Shown here: positions 39,101-51,900 of the stretch, in pieces | Position numbering within the stretch: the first letter of the stretch is position 1 | Layout: every line of letters begins with the position of its first letter | Origin: Basidiobolus meristosporus CBS 931.73 | Lineage: Eukaryota > Fungi > Basidiobolomycota | Length of the DNA stretch: 64,000 bases | Assembly (NCBI GenBank): GCA_002104905.1 | Contig: MCFE01000017.1 | Span: 62,001 to 126,000 of the forward strand | Reading direction: 5' to 3' | Notes under the pieces: model-generated | What the model was told of the DNA's origin: nothing | Databases searched by the model: none | What the model saw: only the letters and a program-made list of their open reading frames with translations | Made by a program: the position numbers and the translations under genes

Positions 39101-39456
39101 GAAGCTTCCCATCATATTTTTCATAGTCCAGTACCACATATGGAAATACCTTGCCACATGACTTAGTCACATGATCAGGTGACCAAATCCATTTCCCCAT
39201 CCTGTCTCAGTGCCTTGCCTTCTATATTATTATCCCCAGCACTGCTGCTGTGTCTCACCCCACAACCCCATTAGTATTAGCTAATATCTCTTGACATCAG
39301 TATAGCCAAAAAGTATATATAGTCCTATCCCCCCTTAAGTATTCCTCAGTCTGATAAACACAGGTCTTGAATAAACAGCCTTGCCTTGATGGTCCACACC
39401 TAAGCCCTTTCCTGCCATGCCTAGCTTTTCCTCCTGCCTTGTGTCTATTCATAACA
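33143..39456 (+). mobile_element. Near-full-length chromovirus (Ty3/Gypsy with chromodomain), inactivated
   Basis: LTRs TGTCATGA..TCATAACA at 33143-33633 (3' end lost) and 38953-39456, 5-bp TSD GCATT on both sides, and PPT before 38953. Encodes gag with a CCHC knuckle, protease LIDSGA, RT YLDD, RNaseH, integrase and chromodomain EFEVKQILDSK..YLADWISYGPSDQTWEP. Several stops and frameshifts. Confidence 0.95.
37850..38370 (+). mobile_element. Solo LTR of the same chromovirus family inserted in the integrase C-terminus
   Basis: Complete 521-bp LTR flanked by a perfect GAACA TSD (37845-37849 and 38371-38375). Removing it restores ...HVAEHAQAIQDIQH... Confidence 0.95.
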
Positions 39457-39479
39457 GCATTTGGCTAAATTCTGATGCT

Positions 39480-41865
39480 AGGTAAATATTTGCAATGATC
39501 CTGTCAAAAGGCCATTGCAAAATTCTAATCCCATGACTAGGTGGTATTGATGCCATAAGGACACCATGCAAAGACTGTTACAGAAACTGCACCTCAGATT
39601 TCACAAAAAACTTGGTCAAAATTTCAACTGTTACAGCTTAAAAGAGGCTTTTGATTGGTTCTCTGCCAGTTCCCTCACTTTGCAATCCCAGACACTCATT
39701 CTATGCTTGTGTATACATTGGCTATTGCCCCTTTTTGACAATCCTTATTTCCTGATTAAAATAATGCCCTTACTTTTCTTGCATACAAATTGGTTTCTTT
39801 GTGTTGAATCTTAAGTTGTAACTCAGTTGCTAATTGCACTGACCTCTATAAGTCCCTATACCCAATACTAACATAAAGCCCCACCTCACACTCAACAAGC
39901 AACTCCATTACAGTCCACCTTTCTACAAGCATTCTTGTCATAATGCCCTTGTTCCATAACTTTGGCAGGAACCCCACAGCTTTATGCTGTTATTCATTCA
40001 CAGGTTGACACAAATCCTGGTCTTCAGCTGGAACTGCACAGTCTAGCATCTCATCAGCCAGTCTTTGCAATAGATCTATGCAATATTTGAGTGCATTTTC
40101 TTAAGCACTGCTCTTGCAGAAGTGCTGCAACCACTTGGTGTGCCTATCAATGTTCCAAAACCCTATGAAAAATCTCAAACTTAGAATTCATTGGATTCTC
40201 AGCTAATATTCTGCTGATATGCTAAAGGTAGTTTGCTGGTACTAAGCTGCAGCTTTTGGTTCAAAATCTCAGATGCAATTTTTGATGGAAATAATGGGTA
40301 GCTAATTACCAAACTTGGCATGGATGCTAGTTGGTCTAGTCCCCTCCTGGAGAATTTGTTGACTTGCCTGCCCATCAGCTAACAACAGAGATATTGAGAG
40401 TTGGCAATTTTAAGAAACTTAAAATTCAGTTGATACTATGATGTCATTTTGCTGGCCTTTTCTAAATTTTTTCTCTTTGGAAAATTGCACTGTAGGCATT
40501 ATGATAGTCCCTATGAAAAATTAATGTAATGATTACTTCAAAAGGCTGTCAAAAATTCAAACTCCTGTGACTAAGAGGTATTGATTCCATCAGGACAACA
40601 TGCAAGGACCATCAAAAAATATTTGCACCCCAGATATCATAAAAACTTGACCAAAATTTTTCATCACAACAATACAAAAGTGGCTTTTGACTGGTTTTCT
40701 GCCAATTTTCTCACTTTCTAATTACAGACACTCTATCACCTCCTACACTTGTGTGCATTGATTGGCTATTGCCTCTTTTTTGCACTCCTTACTACCTGAC
40801 TCAACTGTTTCTCTTACTTTTCATGTAGACAAATTGATATATTTCTGTAGAAGCTCAGTGGTACCTCAATTGCCAATTGTATTGACCTATACAAGTCCTA
40901 TACCCTACACCAACATTGAGCTCTACCCCACAATCAACAAGTAACTCCATTAAAATACACCACTTGACAAGTTTTTATGCTGTAATGCTCTGTTTCCACA
41001 ACTTTGGCAGGAACCCTACAGCTTTAAGCCATTGTTCATTTACTGGTTCCCATACATCCTGGTCTTCAGCCAGCACTGCATGGTCTAGCTCCTCATCTAC
41101 GAGTCTTTGCAATAAGTCCTTGCAATATTCAAGTGCATTTTCTTGAGCACTGTGCTTGAAGAAGTGCTGCAACCTCATGGTGCGCCAAACACAGAACCAG
41201 CTTGAAGTGCCACAGGCTAATATGTTCTTTTATTGCCAAAGGCTCATGTGGTGAAGGCACTTCATGTGGGTCATTGTCAGTCAGTTCCCCAGAAGTAACT
41301 TGCTGATGATCAAGTGTAACAGCACATGCAGGTGCAACTTGATGTGCTGGCATGACCCTTGGCTGGGTTTGAAGTGATGCCACTTATTGACACAACTTGG
41401 CCTGCTTAAATGGACTTGTGTCTAATTGAGCAGTTTGGCATGTTATAGCAGTTATGCTCTGAGCAGCACACACTGATGCAATGCACATTTACCTGGTGTG
41501 TTGCACTCTTGTAAAGGGTGTTGGTGTGGACTTGACTGACAAGGCTGGTGCATTGGCATTGCAAGGGATGGCAAGGAACCTAACAAAGATGCTGGTGCAA
41601 TCTGGATGTAGTTGCCTGTGGTCTGTTTTCTTCCACTTGAAGCTCACCTTCTAATTCCTTAAGGTATTCAATTACCCTCTGTTGGGTACTTTAGAACTGT
41701 TGCCTTGAGGAGTACAGTCTTGGAGGCCACAAAGTTCTAGTAATACAGCATGCAGTACGTTAGTGATCTGGGGCAGAAACTCCCGTATGAAGTAACTTGG
41801 TCCTGCATGTGGATCCAATCTGGACCAGCCACCACAATCTTTCCAGAGAACTGTGATAGTATCAG
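39480..41865 (-). mobile_element. Decayed distal part of the CACTA-like element, with a diverged ~650-bp duplication and a SAP-like ORF relic
   Basis: 39480-40140 is duplicated at 40490-41185. The minus strand reads VLLELCGLQDCTPQGN...QRVIEYLKELE and LEYCKDLLQRLVDEELD. Contiguous with the Tnp2 relic once element B1 is removed. Confidence 0.45.
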
Positions 41866-44800
41866 TGTTATGATCTATTGCTTGAATGTTTAAGTTAGAT
41901 CAGTATTAGTCAAATCAATTAGTTATATGTTTAGCCTATCAGTATGTCAGTGTTATCTTTGAAATCTGTAGCTTTAGTCAGCAGATGAGTCAGCAGATCC
42001 TTATGAGACCGGAATAGATATATTAAGTAGGATCTTATTGGGAGATAATGATGCAACCAAATGAGTCATCAGCCATAACCTACATTAAGAAATACAATTA
42101 TTCAGCAATTGATCTGGCAAAATTGTATACTGGGATGATTTTTGCTTGAAATTCTGGATGCTTTCAAACCTCCACACCAGCAGACACTACTAAGAACAAA
42201 GTTGAAGATACTCAGACAGAAAGGAATGGTTCAAGAGTACATCTATAAATATAGATGTTTACTTTGAAAATTGAAAGAATGGACCCCCTGGATCAAGTAG
42301 AACACTACATTGATGGGTTGAAAGAAAGAACTTGCAAGGAAGTGAGTTATCAAAGATCCCAGACTATTAAAGAAGCCATTGAGATTCCCATTAACTATGA
42401 CTTAGCTATGTTTGGAGTTGGGAAGCCCACAATGACCAATTAGAGAGACTATAATCATTATGAAAGGAGACAATCAGAAGTAGTGCCAATGGAAATAGAT
42501 GCTATGCACAAGAATCCTACTTGAGAAGAAGGTAAGAAGAAAGGACTTTGCTTCAATTGCCACTAGCTGAGACATATTGCATAGTACTGCCCTCAGAGAA
42601 GAGATGGACACCAGCCATCAGGAACCCCAAGCCAAATTGAAGCACTTGATCGAAGTAACATGAAGGATGAATTTGAAGAAGACCTAGAACTCACCTTCCA
42701 TATGACAGAATAATACCTATCCCAGATGACCTCCAATTTGGGAAAGCTATTATATTTCAATGGCGTAATTGATGGAGTACCTGCTAACACCATGATTGAC
42801 TCAGGAGCATTGCATGAGTACATGTCAGAGCAATTTGCTTTGAAAGCTGGAATCAACTCAGAACCCACCAAATCAACTTCAGTCTCAACAGCTGATGGGA
42901 ACTCTCACATAGTCAACCATATTATTCAGCCAGTAAGGATGAAGATCAGTGACTATGAAGAAGACCTACAGGCCTATATATTTGGGAACTGCAAGTTTGA
43001 CCTTGTATTTGGAAAACCTGCTTATTTTGTTGTAATCCATCAATCTACTGAAGAACCCATGCAGCTTAGATCCAGAAGGACAACAATACTTATCAGCTCT
43101 TACCTGCCAGATGAGAATTCAACTTGGTCAATTCCATTATGTGTGAAACAAGTGAACTTAGCAAGACACAGTTCTGTAGAGCACTTAGAAAAGGCACCCA
43201 GATGCTTCTCATGGCAGTATTACAGGAGGATTCCTCCACTCCAGTACCCCAGATAGTCCAGACTCTCTTGAAGAAATATTCAGATGTATTGCCAGATGAA
43301 CTTGTAAGCCTACCACAAGCCAGAGATGTGGATCATGCCATTGACACAGGAGATAGCCCTCTAGTGAGTAAGCCACCTTACAGAATGAGTTCATTGGAGT
43401 TGCAAGAGATGAAGAGACAAATAGATCAGTTATTGGAGCAAGGATATATCAGACCCAGCTAGTCACCTTGGGGAGCACCAGTACATTTTGTGAAGAAGGA
43501 TGGAACACTCAGGATGTGCATTGACTACAGAGCCCTCAATTCAGTTAATATGAAAAATAAGTATCACATACCTTGGATTGATGGGCTTTTGGACCAACTC
43601 AATGGAGCCACTTTTTCAAGCAGGATTGACCTCATGTCAGGAACCAACCAAGTTAGGGTGAAGCCAGAAGACATCTTCAAGAGAGCATTCAGGACCAGAT
43701 ATGGACATTAAAAGTGCTTAGTCATGTGTTTTGGCCTCACCAATGCCCCTGCAACATTCATGACCCTGATCCAAGCCATCTTCCAGGAGTACTCAGACAA
43801 ACTTGTGGTAATCTACAAAGATGACAAATTGGTATACAGCAAGACAGAAGAGGTACACATTGAAATGGTCTTAACAACACAAAGAGAGGACAAGCTAAAT
43901 GGCAAGCCAGCCAAGTGTAAATTCTTCAAGGAACACGTTGAATATCTGGAACACATAGTGACTAGCACAGAAGGGACTTTAGACCCTAAGAAGGTTGAAG
44001 TTATCAAGAATCTGAAGCAGCCCCAAAGCATATCAAAGCTCAGATCATTCCTTGGAATGGTTTCCAATTATTGAGGATTTGTGAAGTCCTTTGCAAGTAT
44101 TGCAGCCCCTTTAACTGATATCCTAAAGAAAGAGAATACCAACAAGTGGGAGGTAGCTTTTGAGACTGCCTTCCAGACACACAAGAATGAGCTGGCTAAG
44201 CTGCCAAGCTTAAGAATACCTGACTTCAGAAAAGGATTTACTCTGTGCAGAGATGCTCCAGATTATGCAATTGGTGGAGTGTTGAGCCAAGAACATTAGG
44301 GAAAGGACTACGCAGTTGCCTTTGAATCCAAGAGACTGATCTCAGTAAAACAAAATTATCCATTGCATGTGAAGGAGATGCTTGCCATAATACACTGCTT
44401 GAAGACACGGATATGCTACATTGAAGGAGTCAAATGTACTGTGAAGTTTGATCATAACTCTCTGAAGTATATATTTACTCAGATGGTACTATCTAGAAGA
44501 ATGACAAGATGGAGTGAATACATTCAGCAATTAGATTTGGAGATTGTCTATTGCATTGGGAAAAACAACACAGTTGCTGATTCCTTATCCAGATTAGAAC
44601 AAGTTGCACTACTTAACTTGGTGAGTGAATCAGATTGGCCTAGCCTAATAGCAAAGTACTTGGTGGACCAAGCCATTCCTAATGCAGCGGATGAAGAGAT
44701 CAAAAAGATAATCCAGGATGAAGCCAGCAAATTTGTGGTACAGGATGAAACACTCTACCAAACTGTTGATGGAAGCCCTATTGCCTATTGCCCTTATGTT

Positions 44801-46278
44801 GCTTGCATGGATTTAATGCATAAACCACACAATGGATATGGACATCTTGGAATTGCAGGAACCTGTAGCCTTGTGAAAGCCAGAGCATGGTGGCCCAGAA
44901 TGAAACAAGAAATTGAGAAGCTAATGAAAACATGCCTAAATTGCCAGATCAACCAAGGCAACCACAGAAAATTGCCAAACTCTTTCCCATGGAACCAGTA
45001 AGACCATTTGAAAGATGGGAAATTGATTTTATTGGAAGATGGCCAACTACCAGGAAATGCAACCGTTGGATCCTAGTAGCAATTGACCATGCAACAAAAA
45101 AGCCAGTGGTTAAAGCAGTACCTGAAGCCAGTGAACAAGAAGTTGCAAGTTTTATCTACCATGAGATCCTTACAAAGTTTGGATGCCCTGTTGAGATCCT
45201 TTTCAATAGAGGAGCAAGCTTTATGGCAAAGACATTACAAGCATGCCTGGAAATGAAGAACATTAGAAACTTGCAAACCTTGGCATATTACCCTGGAACT
45301 AATGGAGTCACTGAACAGTTTAATGGATTGTTTGGGATAATGCTGACCAAGTATGCAAATGAAGCTGTCAGTAGATGGGATGAGTGTATAGACCAAGCAC
45401 TTTTTGTACACAGAGTTAGAGTACACAACACCACCCAACAATAACCATTTTATTTAGTGTATGGATGGGAATCAAGAACTTCAGGGGTTCTCACACAACC
45501 AAAAGTTACAGATGCCTAAGAAGATGAGTTCAGTCAGCCAAGTAGACACCAGCAGCTGGAACAAGGACGTCAAGAGGTACAGGCCAAATCTTCTCAAAGT
45601 GCAGATAAGATGAAGCAGAGATTTGACAAGACCATATTACCAGAGTCATTGACAATTGGGAACTTTGAATTATCAAGAAACAATACTTGGAAGAGGCTTG
45701 AGCCGCAATGGACAGGACCTTTTAAGATCATCAGAGAATGTCCATCTGCTACTTACCAACTAATGGACAAACAACAGAATATCAGGGAAGATTTAGATCA
45801 CAAAGACAGACTCAAGCTTGCAAGACTTGCCAACAATCCTAAACCCTCAAGATATTGGTATCACAAGAAAAGAGATTCAGGAGAACCCTCTCAACTTTAG
45901 TAGGGGGAATGTTATGATCTATGGCTTGAATCTTCAAGTTAGATCAGTTCTTAGTCAAATCAATCAGTCATATGTTTAGCCTATCAGCATATCAGTGTCA
46001 TCTTTCAAATCAGTAGCATTAGTCAGCAGATGAATCAGCAGATCCTTATCATACAGGAATAGATATATTGAGTAGGATCTTATTAGGTGATGATGATGCA
46101 ATCAAATGAGTCATCAACCACAACCTATATTAGGAAATAGAACTTTTCAGCAATTGAATTGGCAAAATGTATATAAGGAGTTGCTGGAACCTCAATAAAA
46201 ATCAGTTCAAGTTTTAGTGAATACAATACTAGCTAAACTGCCCATTTCTCTAAAACTCTTATACCAAGACTTGAAACA
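41866..46278 (+). mobile_element. Ty3/Gypsy family-B element B1, degenerate, with a deletion from the 5' LTR into gag
   Basis: LTRs begin TGTTATGATCTAT (41866 and 45910-46278), PPT AGTAGGGGGAA, near-TSD TCAG/CCAG. Protease MIDSGA, RT, RNaseH and integrase WEIDFIGR. No chromodomain. Confidence 0.9.
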
Positions 46279-48947
46279 CCAGCAGCTTGGAACAATTGAC
46301 CCTCTACACAATCTCATGATGGGATCATACCAGTGTTTGGCCAATTTACAGCCAAATAAAGTTAAAAGCATTATGATACTTAGACAGTGCTTTGCCACGG
46401 GTGCCATGGCATAGTTGCAGACTTAGTGTGCTCTACTACTATTTGAGTGGATATAAATGGCCAGTACATCCAATAGCTTATATAGCTCAAAACTTGATGG
46501 TAGTTTGATGCCCTGATTGCATGCCTCTAATGGTATTATAACGTCATTATGGTAGCCTACAGCTAGCTCTGTGTAATGCTGCAGTACATATTTACCAAAT
46601 GGTATTTCCTTTTTCTAGCTCTCCTTGCACAATTCAATTATTCCACTGTAATATCACCCTCTTAATTTTTCTACCCATCACTACCTTGGTAATCCATGTA
46701 TAATTTGATTCAAAAAAACTATGACCTGCTATTTGTTAACCTCTGCAAAAGTGCACACCTGCCACAATTGACATACTTCTATCACCTCAACTTTGCCGCT
46801 TTTTAGTGTGATGCTTGCAAAGCTGCCATATACCTTGTATTTCTGATAATGTATATATTTTGCAAACATATGTGTGGTTGCTGCCACTTCTGCCGTGAAT
46901 ATCTCCTTAATATATGTAAAGTACTCTTTAGTATTTTGCCAATATATTCCTACTCCTTGCAAGATTCTATTCCCCCCTTTGGGTGCATTCTAGCTCTTGG
47001 TTGTGTAAATTCTGTATTTTATGGTGTAGTTATTGGCTTACAACCAAGAGAAACCTGGAATAGTTTGGCAGAGTTTTCCTAATAAAAATTAGTTGCTTGT
47101 TGCACCCAACACATCTTTGCATTACTTGACAGATTACCCACACATTAGGGCTGCTTAGCTTTTTATTACCATAGGCATAGGTGTCTGCATGTGCACATCT
47201 GTCCTTGGTATTTTCGAACTCTTAATGGTCATCCTCCATATGTCATCTCATCACATCCATAACGGATTTAAACCTAATGTTCTTGGTGAGATTAGGATAA
47301 GGTAGTACATGCAACTTGACTTGTCTTCCTATCTCCTAACACTTCCACTCCATAGGAAACTCCAAAAAGTGAGGCAAGGCCCAATATTATCCACACACAA
47401 GCAAGTTGGAGTAGAGAATGGATACAGTAGCTGCAGAGATCAACAAGCACAGCTTTATGTTTGTAGAGTAGCTGCTCAAATCCTGTCACAAACTCCTTGC
47501 ACAACATCTGTAGATGCATCAAGTTGGCATTGGTGATATGCTTCTGGATAAATATTCCTAAAATGACAATCAATGACTCCCAATGCTTACAATGTAATCT
47601 TGGAAGATATGGCTTCAGAAGGCCACTTGAATAAATACATATTCAGTTGATCCAGACCTTGCGCTTGTATTGTTGCAGATGTGTATGAATGTTGATTGGA
47701 GCCTGTGAGAGGTAGTTATAGAATTGGATACTCTATAATATCTTGCCAGTTCTTTAAAGTTACTCCAGTATCTAATAGGGCCCATTTAGCTTGAAATGCC
47801 CCAGGTACCACTTGGTCATCAGTACAGGTATATTCTTGAAAGCAAATGCATTTCTCCCAGTGGAAAGCTTTGACTCCAACAGAAAACCTCTACCTTGAGT
47901 ATGTCTGCTTTCCAAATAATTCCATTTCCAGTCAATGAGTGATAGCTTGCCAACTTTGCTGCATTTGCATGCTGACTTTAGTATGTTCTCTTTGTGGGAA
48001 AATGATGTTTGTAGTATGGGTACTTAGGTAATAGTAATGTGTGTGAGTTATGGAATAAGTCCCCTGGATCCCACACATTCAACAGCAATCCCATTCATTT
48101 TGCCCAGAAAAGGCAGCTATCATGCTGATGGCTGCAGTGTCTCAAATGCAGATAGTAATATGCACTTTGACATAATGGCCATTCACTGCTATCACTCTGG
48201 AAAGCATACAAAATTCATGCAGCAATGGATCTAAGTTGCCAACTAGGTTGGACAGTAATTTAGGCCCGGATATCAGTGGGACTACCATCAGAATTTCTGC
48301 CCTAATACCATAAGATAGGTGGTAGACTCATGTTGATGAATATCAGTGGCCAGCAGGATTTGCTGGTAGTGTACTTGCTTTACAAGAACTCATCAAGCAC
48401 CAAGGCAAAGGCATGGTCATACAAACCATCAAAGTAGCCCTTGCTTTGTAGATCTTTGTAATAATTGCCCTAAAGTATATTGGATATGAATGCACTTGAG
48501 TAATTCTTGGTACAGTACTCTATTGCTTCACAATATTTGTCAGGCTGCATGAGCCTCTTTAAACAGGGTGTTGTGCAAATATATCCAGAGTGTGAACAAT
48601 GCTTTCCCCCAATAGTGGTGGATTCCTGACAAGTGAGACACCTTGCAATGGTGGCATTTGCTGATGTGAATGCCATGGAACTGTTAACACATACTGGTAT
48701 CACAACAGTCTCTAGGTCATATGTTACCAGCTGCATGACAGTTGTTTGTTTGTACCATGTGCATGGTAAGTTGCATCTGGGATGATTTTGCAAGAAGTAG
48801 TAGTAAATTTTCAAAGCCCCCATTTGCTAATATAAGTGGAAACACACCATATCTCTAGCTACATCCTCACATCAGTCAGCAGTATATGGACTATTGGACT
48901 CAATTGGCTCCATGGAGTATCCTCAGCATTTTTTTCCACAGGTGTTG
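46279..48947 (-). mobile_element. CACTA/EnSpm (Tnp2-type) transposase pseudogene
   Basis: Minus-strand relics: PVCVNSSMAFTSANATIARCLTC, SCWPLIFINMSLPP, LISGPK...LDPLLHEF, D.AA......GQN...C.MCGIQG and EFVTGFEQLLY...CSYCIHSLLQLA. These match the Tnp2 motif order. Confidence 0.8.
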
Positions 48948-51900
48948 TGTTACAAGTCTTGGTATAAGAGTTGTAGAGCAACAGGGAGTTTAGCTAGTAT
49001 TGTATTCACTAAAACTTGAACTGATTTTTATTGAGGTTCCAGCAGCTCCTTATATACATTTTGCCAGATCAATTGCTGACTAATTGTATTTCCTAATGTA
49101 GGTTGTGGCTGATGACTCATTTGATTGCATCATCATCACCCAATAAGATCCTACTTGATATATCTATTTCTGTCTGATAAGGATCTGCTGACTCATATAC
49201 TGACTAATGCTACTGATTTCATAGATAATACTGATATACTGATAACCTAAAAAGATACTAATTGATCTGACTAAAAACTGATCTAACTTAAACATTCAAG
49301 TGCAGATCATAACATTCTCCCCTACTAAAGTTGAGAGGGTTCCCCTGAATCTCTTTTCTTGTGATACCAATATCTTGATGGTTCAGTATTTTCAGCAAGT
49401 CTTGCATGCTTGAGTCTGTCCCTATGCACTAAGTCTTCCCAGATATTGCCTTGTTTGTCCACCTGTTGGTAAGTTGCAAATGGACATTCTCTGATGATAT
49501 TGAATGGTCCTGTCCATTGTGGCTCAAAATTCTTTCAAGTGTTGTTTCTTAGCAACACAAAGTTCCCAACTGTCAATGCTTCTGGTGCTATAGTCTTATC
49601 AAATCTCTGCTTCATCTTTTCTGCACATTGAGATACTTTGGTCTGTTCCTCTTGACATCTTTGTTCCAGTTGCTGGAGTCTACTTGGCTGACTAAGTTCA
49701 TCTTCTAAGGCATCTGTAAGCTTGGGTTGTGTGAGATCTCCTGGAATCCTTGGTTCACATCCATACACTAAGTAAAATGGTGATTGCTGGGTGGTGTTGT
49801 GTACACTGACTCTGCATGCAAAAAGTGCTTGGTCTATATACTCATCCCATCTACTGACAACTCCATTTGCATACTTGGTCAGCATTTTTCCAAATAATCC
49901 ATTAAACCGCTCATTGCCTCCATTAGTTCTGGGGTGATATGCTGAGGTTTTCAAGTGTCTGATCTGCTGCATTTCCAGGTAAGCCTCAAATGTCTTTGCC
50001 ATAAAGTTTGCTCCTCTATCAGATAAGATCTCCACAGGGCATCCAAACTTCATCAGGATCTCATGGTAAATGAAACTTGCAACTTCTTGTTCACTGGCTA
50101 TTGGTACAGCTTTAGCAACTGGCCATTTAGTGGCATGGTCAATTGCTACTAGGATCCAATGGTTGCATTTCCTGGTGGTTGGCAGTCTTTCAATGCAGTC
50201 AATTCCCCATCTTTCAAATGGTCTTACAGGCTCCAAGGGGAAGAGTTTGGCAATTCTCTATGATTGTTTTGGTTGATTTGGCAATTTGGGCATGTTTTCA
50301 CTAGCTTCTGATTGTCTTGTTTCATTCTGGGCCACCACACTCTGGCTTTCACAAGACTATATGTTCCTTCAATCCCAAGATGTCCATATCCATTGTGTAG
50401 CTTATGTATTAAATCCAGGCAAGAAACATAAGGGCAGTAGGCTATAGGGCTTCCATCAACAATTTGGTAGAGTGTTTCATCCTGTACTACAAATTTGCTG
50501 GCTTCATCACGGATTATCTTCTTGATATCTTCATCCACCTTGTTAGGAATGGCTTGGTCCTCCAAGTACTTTGGTAATAGGCTAGGCCAATCTGATTCAT
50601 GCACCAAGTTGAGTTGTGCAACTTGATCTAATCTTGATAAGGCGTCAGCAACCATGTTGTTTTTTCAAGGGCGTTAGACAATCTCCAGGTCAAATTGCTG
50701 AATGTATTCACTTCATCTTGTCATTCTTCTAGAGAGTACCCTCTGAGTAAATATATGCTTGAGGGAGGCATGATCAGTCTTCACAGTGCATTTGACTCCT
50801 TCAATATAGCATCTCCATGTCTTCAAACAGTGTATTATAGCAGGCATCTCCTTCTCATGGTCTGGATAGTTTTATTCTGCTGAGTTCAGTTTCTTGGACT
50901 CAAAGGCAACAGGGTAGTCCTTTCCCTTGTGTTCTTGGCTCAGCACTCCACCAATTGCATAATCTGAAGCATCTGTGCACAGGGTGAACTCTTTTCTGAA
51001 GTCTGGTATTCTTAAGCTTGGTAGCTTAGCAAGTTCATTCTTGAGTGTCTGGAAGGCAGTCTCACAAGCTATGTCCCACTTGTAGGTATTGTCTTTCTTG
51101 AGAATATCAGTTAAAGGGGCTGCAATACTTGCAAATGACTTGACAAATCTCTGATAATACAAAACCATTCCAAGGAATGATCTAGGCTCTGATATGCTAT
51201 GGGGCTGCTTCAGATTCTTTATTACTTCCACCTTCTTTGGGTCTAAGGTTACCCCTGTGCTAGTCACTATGTGTCCCAGATATTCAGCATGTTCCTTGAA
51301 GAATTCACACTTGACTAGCTTGCCATATAGCTTGTTCTCTCTTAGTTTCTTCAAGACCTTTTCAATGTGCAGTACGTGATCCTCTTCTGTCTTGCTGTAT
51401 ATCAATAGACTTGTTCCATCATTCCAGCTGATCATAGTGCCTGATAGTGCCATAGCATGCCAGATGGTGCCTGATCATGCCACAGAGTGCCAGATGGTGC
51501 CATAAAGTGCCAATTTGGGATCAAAATTGACATGCATATGACCCTAGAATATCAAATTAATAACAAAATATACAGCACTTTCTGGCACTATGATCAATGG
51601 CACAATGGAACAAGTCTAATATATCATCCAGGTAGATTATCACAAACTTGTCTAAGTACTCCTGATAAACAGTCTGCATCAGTGTCATGAATGTTGCAGG
51701 GGCATTAGTGAGGCCAAAACTCATGACTAAGTACTTGTAATGTCCATATCTGGTCCTGAATGCTGTCTTAGGGATATCTTCTGGTTGCACCCTAATCTGG
51801 TTGTATCCTGACATGAGGTCAATCTTGCTGGAAATAGTGGCTCCATTAAGTTGGTCCAAAAGCTCATCAATCCAAGGTATGGGGTACTTATTCTTGACGG

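Noticed and set aside
37891-39200. Recurring 60-68 aa ORFs (MPSFSFLAQF..., MGKWIWSP...) also seen at 33174-33390
   Set aside because: They recur only because they lie in the three LTR copies; no sign of protein-level constraint.
51431-51511. CRISPR-like interpretation of the periodic repeats
   Set aside because: Units are 10 bp with no spacers, lie inside a TIR element in a eukaryotic genome, and there are no cas genes.
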